This document shows, one piece after another, positions 8,381-16,974 of a DNA stretch of 36,236 bases. The notes under the pieces were generated by a model. The model saw only the letters and a list, made by a program, of their open reading frames with translations. It searched no databases and was not told where the DNA came from. Position numbers and translations under genes: made by a program. The DNA is taken from positions 1 to 36,236 of IMG/VR virus record IMGVR_UViG_3300016674_000005; one strand, written 5' to 3'. This stretch comes from a virus (lineage: Duplodnaviria; Caudoviricetes). How positions within the stretch are numbered: position 1 is the first letter of the stretch; every line of letters starts with the position of its first letter.

Positions 8381-9386
8381 TTAACACCTCTTTAATTTTT
8401 TGAATATCTTTATCTAACTCTTTAATTGCTTCAATTAATAATCCTGCCATGTTCCCATACGCAACCGCTTTATACTCTTCAGAGTTGGAGACTACTTCTG
8501 GTATAATTGGTTCAACTTGCTGAGCTATAACCCCCATCTTGCGTCCAGGTATATTAATCAGGTCATAGTACACACCTTCTAGTTGTCTAACCTTGTCAAG
8601 AGCATTTTCTATACGCTCTACGTTTTCTTTAAGTCTGCTATCAGAAGCGGTATTAATATCACCAGAAACAGTTAAATTCTGTCCTACAGTAAGATTTGCA
8701 CCGACTGCTGTGTTTGTAGATATGTACGCGTTACCAACAATGTGTAGGTTAGAAGTAGGGTTGGTAGTAGAAACACCAATCCTACTTACTACAGTAAGGT
8801 TCGCACCCAGTGCGACATTGCCTGTTATAGTTCCAGTACCTACTACATGTAAAGACGCGCTAGGCGTAGTAGTATTTACCATTAGGTTAGACGTAGCTTG
8901 TAACCTGTTAACATCTACCCTTGCAGTACTGAACACAACGTTGCTATCTACAATACTATAACCAGACGGCGCGCCTATCTGTACGAAATCAGAGTTAGCA
9001 TTTGTTGTACCTTTTCTAAAGTATAACAATCCTGTGTCTAAAGTACCAACAAACTCACCCTGCTCATAAGCAGACCTGTTATTATAAATATCATTAACTG
9101 TAGATACTACACGAGTACCAATACCCATACGCGTAAAATTACCAGAGTAGTTAAACGTACGTTTATTTACAGAGTCAACGATGTAAAGCACGCCAGTTGA
9201 GGTATTTCTAAACAACATACCGTTTGGTGGGTTAAAGGTGGCCCCGTCAGCAGTAAGATTAGCACTAGTAGGAGCAGTTGTACCAGCAAAATTAGTTAAT
9301 AGTGACCTAAAATTGTCGTTTTGCTGGAGTCTAGCTGTGTTTAAGGCTGTACCCGCTGTAGGTTCTATATAAGTATTTAAAGGCAT
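8373..9386 (-). CDS. Tail fibre with C-terminal intramolecular chaperone (peptidase S74)
   Basis: Autocleavage site SDSRLKEN, plus GVIAQ, PEVV, VAYGNMAGLLIEAIKEL, and shaft repeats (TTPSASLHVVG / TNPTSNLHIVG; GANLTV). Confidence 0.88.
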   Translation of the reverse strand: MPLNTYIEPTAGTALNTARLQQNDNFRSLLTNFAGTTAPTSANLTADGATFNPPNGMLFRNTSTGVLYIVDSVNKRTFNYSGNFTRMGIGTRVVSTVNDIYNNRSAYEQGEFVGTLDTGLLYFRKGTTNANSDFVQIGAPSGYSIVDSNVVFSTARVDVNRLQATSNLMVNTTTPSASLHVVGTGTITGNVALGANLTVVSRIGVSTTNPTSNLHIVGNAYISTNTAVGANLTVGQNLTVSGDINTASDSRLKENVERIENALDKVRQLEGVYYDLINIPGRKMGVIAQQVEPIIPEVVSNSEEYKAVAYGNMAGLLIEAIKELDKDIQKIKEVLNV

Positions 9387-9387
9387 T

Positions 9388-12300
9388 TTACACTCCTATT
9401 GCTGTTATCATTACGTTTGCAGTACCGTTGGCTGGGTAGTCACCTGTACCGTTACTAGCTGCAAGCTTAAAGTAAAGAGCAGATTTACTAGCAGAAGTAG
9501 TAACCGCAATAGCTGGGTTGCTTGCAGCATTAGTCTGATTCAGCACAGCATAACTAATTACTGGTCTAGAAGTAAACTCAGCGTCACTAAGGTCAACGAA
9601 CATATTTGCAGACGTATAAGTCACTGTTTTGTCAAAAATTATTTTTTCTTTCTCAATAGTATACCTAAACTTATCTAAAGTAAAGTCATATTTACTAGGC
9701 TGACTATTATATATTTCATGTTTTATTTGCAGGTAACGCATAGTTCTAGTACCAGTCTCAAAAGGTACGTACCCGTCGTTTACAGTACCAAACACTGCTG
9801 TATTAACATTTCCGTTAGCATAGTAAGGAGACACAGTAGAAGTGCGTATAAATGTTTGACTAACTACCGCGCCTGGAGTACCTGCATAGGTTTCAGAGGC
9901 TATATCAGAGTATTGTTTTAGGTTAACTAATGAGAACTTGCTTGGTACAGAAGTTAAGTTTGATAGCCCATTAGAAGGAGTTTGTACTCCGTTGGCATAG
10001 TATGAGTACCCTAATTCTATTGCGTCAGCATTAATCAAATTATATATTAACGCATAGGAGTTAGTATTAGCAGTATCATTGTTAAATTGACCGTAGTTCC
10101 AAATAGCCCAAACATTACCGTTTGCTGGACCAGTCATCCAAGTTTTATTATTTGAGTCGAAGCGTGCTTGCGAGAATTGAAGGGCAAGACTTGTACCAAG
10201 CCCTGGACTAATCAGAATATTAGGAGCTCCAGAGACGTTAGATACTAAGTTAGCTACAATCTCATGTTGGTCGTTATAAGTAGCTTGGATTACTTGAGTA
10301 CCTGCTACGTCAAGGTAGACTACACCGGTATACGCAGCACCTAAGTCACGTATTTGAGTTGTATATCTAGCTTGTTGTAAAGCTAGCAAATCATCAGCAG
10401 AAGTTGATACACTCCAGCCAGAAGATGACCCGTTCGCATTATCTACAGCAGATTTTCCTGGTCCTGCTAATCCATTAGTCGAGTTTGCGTAAGATGGGAA
10501 ATAGTACTCAGACGAGTTTTTATTAGTTGTAATAGTAAAGTCGACTGCCGGACTGTCTTCATTATACGCAGCTAGTATAGCATTTCTAGCTGGTCTATAA
10601 GACGTAATTACGGCACCAACAACAGTATCACTCATATTACCACTTGTGTCACGAGTCGCTGCTATATAAGTGTATTGCCCGAATACATCAATAGGTACAG
10701 CAACACGGTTTAAGTTAGCTGACACGGTAGCGACTGGAGTTCCAATTGCAAAGTTATCTACTGTAATAGCGACGCTGCCAGGTAACTTATTGATAACTAC
10801 GTCTTTTAAGTCTACGTCGTATAGCATAGAGCTATTTTCACTGTCCATAAGGTAAGACCACATAAGCATCACAACCTCGTTTTGCTGTGCACCTGTGAAG
10901 TTTATTACAGGCTTTGGAGGAGCTGTCTTACCTTGTACATCTATAGTCTGCTCGTCAGTAATACCTCGAATAGTTCTGTTTAGTGGAGTCACTCGTACCG
11001 TTAATTTAGCAGTACCAGCGCTAATACCTCTGTCTACATTGTTTATAACAAAACGAATTTTGCCATCGTTATCAACCCCATTAGCAGAAAGCTTCACAGT
11101 ATTAAAGTTAGCAGTAGCAGTCTCGTTAGCAGCTATGCTATAAGAAATTTCATAGTCAGTAACTTCTTGGTCTTTAATGTGGTCAAATGAGCAGGTAACT
11201 CTTACAGACACACCTGCCAGCTGTTCTTTGTATAGAGATTCTGTTAAAGTTAGATTCTCTACTTTTTGAATCGGTAACTCTTCTACAGTAACATACTTTT
11301 CAACAAAAGCACTTCTTCTACCAAGTATGTTTTTGCTACGTGCTTTCACAGAGGTAGTTCCTGTGGGTAAGTCAGGAATTATAAGTTCGTCTGTTAAGAA
11401 TAGTTTCTCGTATTTAGAGCCTGCATGAACAGTATAAATTCTAGAATTAGCTAGATTTAAACTACCAGGAAACGTATCAGTATCATAGGTAAAAGTGAAT
11501 GAGTTGGTAGTGTTATTCACAGCACTGATTAAGCCTACGGGGTTCTCTGTCACATTCACTAGCGTATAGCCTGCTAGTGAGAAGTTTGGAACTTCATCAA
11601 GCTTGATAGCATAAATGCGAGCAGATGTACGATTTGCATTATATATAGAACTAGTTGAGTCATAGGTAGTACCTACTACTTGGAAAGTGTTTCCGTAGCT
11701 AATTTCTACAGTATCCCCCACTTCTATACTAGGTACTGTGTAATAATCAGTCTCAATTCTAATACGCTTATCACTTGTAATAGCTGTGTATCTTACGTTT
11801 GCTTCTAGAGAAGATGAAGCATTTAAATTCAGAGTGTAACCGTTAGTTACAGCCTTTCCATCTATGTAAACGGTAACATCAGCACTGGTCCTTGGCTTAA
11901 CAGGTAAATTAATAGTATTTACACCAGTAGTAAGCGCAGCTGATACCACGTGTGTGCTGCTAGTTCCTTGTACGTAAAAGGTATTATTAGCATAATAGTC
12001 TTTTGCTAGAGTCTGATTAATCTCTAGGTAGAAAGGAGTATTTAATAATATGTCAGATAAAGGTGTAGAGTTAGTAGAATCAGAGATAACTATTGTGTTA
12101 GATACTAAATTATAACTCTCTATTTGAGTAGTTATTTGAGTCGTAGTAGGTCTATACGCTATGAAGTTTTTCAGGACTCCGCTAGATAACTTTTCGTTTA
12201 CGGGTAAAGTTACATAATCTAAACCACTTATGCCTGGTATATCTGTACCTCGAAGAGCTAATACGTGCATATTAAAGTTATCGTCAATACAGTGACTCAA

Positions 12301-15048
12301 ACCAGATACAGTTAGAGTTAGTTTAGATGAATCCCCTGCTACAGGTGCAACGCCTGTGCAAAGCAATTTAATCTTGCCTATAGGGGTTGTAAAACCGCTC
12401 TTACCTACTAAAGCAGAACCGTAGGAACCGTTTCTAATACCTGTAACGTCTTTTGTATAGATAGTCACCGTCCCAGTACCAGAAGAGTTAGATACTAAAA
12501 CAGACTTAGTTGGGTTAGCCTTGTAGAACTCAGTCTCAAACTTTTGCCCATAGCCCAGTTTATCAGTAGTAATCTTGAGAACACCATCAACAACTATGCT
12601 CCCATCTACAGTGCGTCGTGATTTGGCTGTAAAGTCAAATCTAGGAGTTGGAGGAACACTAAACGGGCTTGTAATATCAATATAAGCAGTAGGCTCATAG
12701 TCTATAAATGTATCAGAGTCTACATATATATTTGACAGGTATTCTACGCCGTTTACTATAACTTCTTGTTCTGACGAATCCCTACTTACTCCGGTAACTT
12801 TGAATAGCTTACCAGATTTATTAGTATAGTAATTATCAGTATTAACTATTTCTCCTAGTGTCCATAAATCACCTACTGAAGGTACTAGGTTAGCAGTAAA
12901 ACCAGAGCTAAGAGCAGAAATCTTGCGAGTGTTTATATCATACTTACTAAGTGCTTTAACTGTAATAGTATCATACCCAGTTGACACATTGTCAGTTGCT
13001 CCTATCGCATACTCTGTATTACTTACAATATACAATTCCATTCTGTCGGATTTTGTATTAATAATGCGTAATGCTAATGGGTTTGTATTTTGCTGAAAAT
13101 TATATTCAGTAATACTAGGCTGAGTGTAATGAGTAAGATATACGTTTGTGTTACTAGAGCCAGTAGCTGAGTTTGCTACAACTTTGCCCCCGAACCCATA
13201 CGCTATGCCGGTACCATTAGTAGCTACGGATATTACGTCGCCGGGAGCTAAATTTATAGCATCAGTACTTGTTGTAAAAGCAATATTACGACGTTGATAA
13301 CGGGCTGCCGCTAGTTGATATTGAGCCAGCCTCATAGCTTGGCTTCTACGAGTTACACCAGTTAAGTCTAATGACGCTATATTTTCTACTTGAGATACTG
13401 CAGTACCGTCATATTTATCAGCTAAATCAAGCCTAACAGTTTCTCTTTTAAAGTGGTTGCTAGGCTCAACATAGGTAACATCTACACCGGTTATTATTTC
13501 ACTTTCTTTATTGCCAGAGATTTGAAATGAGCCTTGTTTAATGTTAGTCTCATTAAATAGCATTACAGGTAGCTCATCAGGCATGTCTACCGCTAAACTT
13601 ACCTTGCCGCCAGCATAAATTAATATACCTCTAAAAGTTGCAGTTATTCTGTTAACAATATCCATGGTACGTTCTTGGTCAGATATAGTAACATCGGTAA
13701 TAAAACGACGTTCTTTGACCTTAGTACCTTTAGGTAATCCTAATTGGTTTTCTATAATTTTTGTATATAAGCCTCTAGGCTTATATCTAAAAGTTCCGTC
13801 CGCTACGGCATCAACACCGATAAATTGTCCAGTTTTAGGGTCACATGCATCGCAGTACATAGCTACTTGGTAAAACTTATACTTATCTATATTACCTTCT
13901 GGTATGCCTAAACCATAAGTATTATTAGTTAGCATATCGTATATAATCCATACAGGATTCTGAGTCCAAGAGTATATAAAGGTACCATCCCAGCTACCCT
14001 TATAAATAATTGGGTTAACTGCTGTTAGAACCGTACCTGTACCTGGTGTTTGAAGCCTATATCCTGTTTCAGTATAACCAATCTCTGTAAGAGTATTGTT
14101 TATGAGTAGCTGCCCATCCTCTGGTACTTCTAGCTGTCTCCAGTCAATTTGTCCATCCTCTAGAATAGGTTGATTATAATTAGAAGGTACTTTAACTATT
14201 AAACCCTTAACTAAAGATGTAAAGTTGGGCACACCTCCTGTATGCTCATCTACTGCCTTTAGAGCATAAGCTATGAGGGCAGTACGTGGGTACGCCTGCT
14301 TCGAGTGTTTTACTTCGTCCCAAGATACAACGCTTAGAGAATCTCTAATTTTAGTATCATCAGTATCATCACTTTCTTTAGTTATGTGGAACTTATAGCC
14401 TTGCGTATAATCAACTCCTGGCTTATCTTTTTTAATTATGATTCTATGCGAAAACTTATATGGAGTATCTGTTTTTTCTTCAATTATCTTAGTTTGAGAG
14501 ACTAACTCTTCGTTGTCTAGATAGTCTTTGATTACTATTTTATAAGTTATAGAGTTAGGTGTTACATCCCCATTGTCTTTTGCGATTAACAGCTCGTTAA
14601 TAATGAAGGAGAATCGTAACTCATCCCAATCATTTGCACTAGTAGCTTCATTTACTTCTGCAGCCATAACTGTATCTAAGTTACCTTTTTTAAGAATAAC
14701 TGGAGAAGCAAATGCTTGCGGGCTGACAATGTTATCGCCAAACTTTGGAATAGGGTCTTGTGTTATTGTACCAGCAGACGAGATGGTAAAAAATTTGTCT
14801 GTATTTTCTAAGCCGTTACCGCGCATATTGATTAAATCATCAATAGCACTATCCTGAATTTGAATATCCTGAGGTCCATTAGGGTTAATACGATAAACAG
14901 GTCCTTCGCCCAATGCAGTGATTAAATATAGAATATCAGAAGAAAATAAACTATTAGGGCTGATCGTACCACCACCCTTGCCTTTTGCTCCAACTATTTT
15001 TGGTACTAGTGTTCCATTATGATTTACATATTGTATGCTTTTACCCAT
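9388..15048 (-). CDS. Tail tip / central fibre protein (lambda gpJ/TipJ-like), 1886 aa
   Basis: Motifs LGEGPV, YPRTAL, VKVPSNY, WDGTF..SWTQNPVWIIYD, YCD, GVTRRSQAMR, PGDVI, followed by FnIII-like segments; lies downstream of I. Confidence 0.9.
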   Translation of the reverse strand: MGKSIQYVNHNGTLVPKIVGAKGKGGGTISPNSLFSSDILYLITALGEGPVYRINPNGPQDIQIQDSAIDDLINMRGNGLENTDKFFTISSAGTITQDPIPKFGDNIVSPQAFASPVILKKGNLDTVMAAEVNEATSANDWDELRFSFIINELLIAKDNGDVTPNSITYKIVIKDYLDNEELVSQTKIIEEKTDTPYKFSHRIIIKKDKPGVDYTQGYKFHITKESDDTDDTKIRDSLSVVSWDEVKHSKQAYPRTALIAYALKAVDEHTGGVPNFTSLVKGLIVKVPSNYNQPILEDGQIDWRQLEVPEDGQLLINNTLTEIGYTETGYRLQTPGTGTVLTAVNPIIYKGSWDGTFIYSWTQNPVWIIYDMLTNNTYGLGIPEGNIDKYKFYQVAMYCDACDPKTGQFIGVDAVADGTFRYKPRGLYTKIIENQLGLPKGTKVKERRFITDVTISDQERTMDIVNRITATFRGILIYAGGKVSLAVDMPDELPVMLFNETNIKQGSFQISGNKESEIITGVDVTYVEPSNHFKRETVRLDLADKYDGTAVSQVENIASLDLTGVTRRSQAMRLAQYQLAAARYQRRNIAFTTSTDAINLAPGDVISVATNGTGIAYGFGGKVVANSATGSSNTNVYLTHYTQPSITEYNFQQNTNPLALRIINTKSDRMELYIVSNTEYAIGATDNVSTGYDTITVKALSKYDINTRKISALSSGFTANLVPSVGDLWTLGEIVNTDNYYTNKSGKLFKVTGVSRDSSEQEVIVNGVEYLSNIYVDSDTFIDYEPTAYIDITSPFSVPPTPRFDFTAKSRRTVDGSIVVDGVLKITTDKLGYGQKFETEFYKANPTKSVLVSNSSGTGTVTIYTKDVTGIRNGSYGSALVGKSGFTTPIGKIKLLCTGVAPVAGDSSKLTLTVSGLSHCIDDNFNMHVLALRGTDIPGISGLDYVTLPVNEKLSSGVLKNFIAYRPTTTQITTQIESYNLVSNTIVISDSTNSTPLSDILLNTPFYLEINQTLAKDYYANNTFYVQGTSSTHVVSAALTTGVNTINLPVKPRTSADVTVYIDGKAVTNGYTLNLNASSSLEANVRYTAITSDKRIRIETDYYTVPSIEVGDTVEISYGNTFQVVGTTYDSTSSIYNANRTSARIYAIKLDEVPNFSLAGYTLVNVTENPVGLISAVNNTTNSFTFTYDTDTFPGSLNLANSRIYTVHAGSKYEKLFLTDELIIPDLPTGTTSVKARSKNILGRRSAFVEKYVTVEELPIQKVENLTLTESLYKEQLAGVSVRVTCSFDHIKDQEVTDYEISYSIAANETATANFNTVKLSANGVDNDGKIRFVINNVDRGISAGTAKLTVRVTPLNRTIRGITDEQTIDVQGKTAPPKPVINFTGAQQNEVVMLMWSYLMDSENSSMLYDVDLKDVVINKLPGSVAITVDNFAIGTPVATVSANLNRVAVPIDVFGQYTYIAATRDTSGNMSDTVVGAVITSYRPARNAILAAYNEDSPAVDFTITTNKNSSEYYFPSYANSTNGLAGPGKSAVDNANGSSSGWSVSTSADDLLALQQARYTTQIRDLGAAYTGVVYLDVAGTQVIQATYNDQHEIVANLVSNVSGAPNILISPGLGTSLALQFSQARFDSNNKTWMTGPANGNVWAIWNYGQFNNDTANTNSYALIYNLINADAIELGYSYYANGVQTPSNGLSNLTSVPSKFSLVNLKQYSDIASETYAGTPGAVVSQTFIRTSTVSPYYANGNVNTAVFGTVNDGYVPFETGTRTMRYLQIKHEIYNSQPSKYDFTLDKFRYTIEKEKIIFDKTVTYTSANMFVDLSDAEFTSRPVISYAVLNQTNAASNPAIAVTTSASKSALYFKLAASNGTGDYPANGTANVMITAIGV

Positions 15049-15832
15049 ATTGGTTAAATCCTTTTAATATACTATTGACTTTTTCTTGCTGAGCGTCTTG
15101 CGGCGTATTATAGTTAACATCGGTAGTAGAAGTAATCTCTCCGAACACGTCTACTTTAACGTTACGACCGTGGTCTGTAGTATTGATATATCCACTAATT
15201 AACTGACCAGCTACTCTAACCATTCCATAGTTTAAAGCAATTGGGACACCAGAAGCAGTGGAGTTAACTAATGAGCCAAACATGTCATTTTGTCTAGTCT
15301 GCTCTTCTTTTGGTTTAGTAGAGAATAGAGATGAGAGGACAGATAGTGCGAGATTTGCTAATAAATTCTTAAAAAATCCACCTAGTGCCCCTGTACCAAA
15401 GATACCACCAGTGCCAGCCGCGCCAGCAGCTCCAGCGGCTGCAGCAGTGCCTCCTGCACCTGCCCCGGCACCTATGCCAGCACCAACCCCAAGTATTGGT
15501 AAGAAAACAAAAGCTGCAACAGCTAAAATAGCTAGAATGCCACCACGCTTGCCACCACCACCAACAATAGCAGGTACTATGTATATAATATCACCTTCTT
15601 TTGCGCGTCTAAGCATCATTTCATCAATATTCACAATATTTAGATTTTTATCTACAAAAGCATAAGACTCTTCTCCGCCATTTAGCTTTTGTAATCTTAA
15701 GTACTCGATAAATGAGGGATGCATACTGTGTAAATAGTAAACAATATCAATGTAGGTAGTTATATCTGCTTTATACTCAACTTCTGTAAAGTATGGACTA
15801 AATGAAGAGTGAGGCTTAAGAGTTATTAACAT
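15041..15832 (-). CDS. Tail assembly protein I-like (N-terminal ubiquitin-like domain)
   Basis: IYIVPAIVGGGG, then a hydrophobic Gly/Ala stretch, then GVPIALNYG..RVAG. Start at ATG 15832 with a GAGGAAGGA RBS. Confidence 0.82.
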   Translation of the reverse strand: MLITLKPHSSFSPYFTEVEYKADITTYIDIVYYLHSMHPSFIEYLRLQKLNGGEESYAFVDKNLNIVNIDEMMLRRAKEGDIIYIVPAIVGGGGKRGGILAILAVAAFVFLPILGVGAGIGAGAGAGGTAAAAGAAGAAGTGGIFGTGALGGFFKNLLANLALSVLSSLFSTKPKEEQTRQNDMFGSLVNSTASGVPIALNYGMVRVAGQLISGYINTTDHGRNVKVDVFGEITSTTDVNYNTPQDAQQEKVNSILKGFNQYG

Positions 15833-16190
15833 AATGTCCTTCCTCAAACGGTTCAAACTTTAATGCGTCTACCGCTTTATCGTACCAATAGATAAAAAAC
15901 TTGTTGTTAAATCCGACTATAAACTTATAAGCATTAAAGGCTGCGCTAACTTTATCTTCTGAGCTCGGTATAGGTAAGTCGCTGCCTGGATGAGAGTGAA
16001 ATATCCCCCAAATATTACCATCATGCTTAACTAAATCTGCTGGGTCTAGATAGAATGTAAATTTTGGGTTCTCGCTAATATTATTACAAGGGATGTACTC
16101 ACAATCTTTGGTTATAATCCCTACACACTCTCTAGGGTAGTCTCTAAGAGCGTGGTTATTCATATCAACTAGTAGTTTTGCGAAGTCCAT
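15816..16190 (-). CDS. Stand-alone JAB/MPN+ metalloprotease (gpK N-domain-like)
   Basis: PRECVG catalytic Glu and intact JAMM motif HSHP-x-PSSED. Confidence 0.88.
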   Translation of the reverse strand: MDFAKLLVDMNNHALRDYPRECVGIITKDCEYIPCNNISENPKFTFYLDPADLVKHDGNIWGIFHSHPGSDLPIPSSEDKVSAAFNAYKFIVGFNNKFFIYWYDKAVDALKFEPFEEGHYVNNS

Positions 16191-16597
16191 CTATAAATTC
16201 CTGTCGTATATTGTTCATAGTAGCCCCTAAATGGAGCAACCCAACTTGGTTTATTCTGCATAATATGTAATACTTTATTTGTAGCAACATACAGAGCACA
16301 ATGATTACTAACATTTGTAGAACCTATGCTCATAAGTGCAAAGTCAAATGGTGCTGGTTCTAATACTTTTTTCCACCTACTGTCTGTTCTAACAATAGTT
16401 TCAAATATCGAATCACTAGTTTTGAGATACCAATCATCGTCAACTATATTGCAGTGCTCATACGATAGATATGGTATGCTTTCATGCTTCTCTTGTTCAT
16501 AAACATAACGGCACAGACTATAACAGTCCATGCCGCTGATAGGAGATTGACCTAGATGTTTAAAAGGAATATTAAGGTATTTATTGTACCAGCTCAT
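16169..16597 (-). CDS. NlpC/P60 protein 2 (gpK C-domain-like)
   Basis: Motifs GMDCYSL, NHCALY, VLHI. Probable start at MSWYNKY (16597). Confidence 0.82.
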   Translation of the reverse strand: MSWYNKYLNIPFKHLGQSPISGMDCYSLCRYVYEQEKHESIPYLSYEHCNIVDDDWYLKTSDSIFETIVRTDSRWKKVLEPAPFDFALMSIGSTNVSNHCALYVATNKVLHIMQNKPSWVAPFRGYYEQYTTGIYRWTSQNY

Positions 16598-16973
16598 TAT
16601 GACGATAAATCGCACATAGCTGACTCAACCAATAATCGGTTAAGTAATCTAAACGCGACGTAGACCCCTCTTCAACGTGCAAAATTCTATACGGCTCTAT
16701 GTATAAACCAAAGTGAGTAACCAAATTTGATTTCTCTGACTTGAACACCATTAAATCATAATTTTTTATGTCTGTCAAAGATACTTTTTTAGCATATTTA
16801 GCTGCCCACTGCTCTATACTGCTAATAGAGAACTGCTTCATCCAGCTTCTTGAACTGGGGTATGATGGTAACTCGAATTGTAGTCCTAGTTCTAGGGAGT
16901 AGAACCGTTGAACTAGGATAATACAATCAAACTCTCCGTAGTTGTGAGGTATGCCGATGTAATCTGTAACCAT
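16581..16973 (-). CDS. NlpC/P60 protein 1 (gpK C-domain-like)
   Basis: Motifs YIGIPH..FDCIIL, THFGLY, ILHV. Confidence 0.82.
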   Translation of the reverse strand: MVTDYIGIPHNYGEFDCIILVQRFYSLELGLQFELPSYPSSRSWMKQFSISSIEQWAAKYAKKVSLTDIKNYDLMVFKSEKSNLVTHFGLYIEPYRILHVEEGSTSRLDYLTDYWLSQLCAIYRHNELVQ

Positions 16974-16974
16974 A

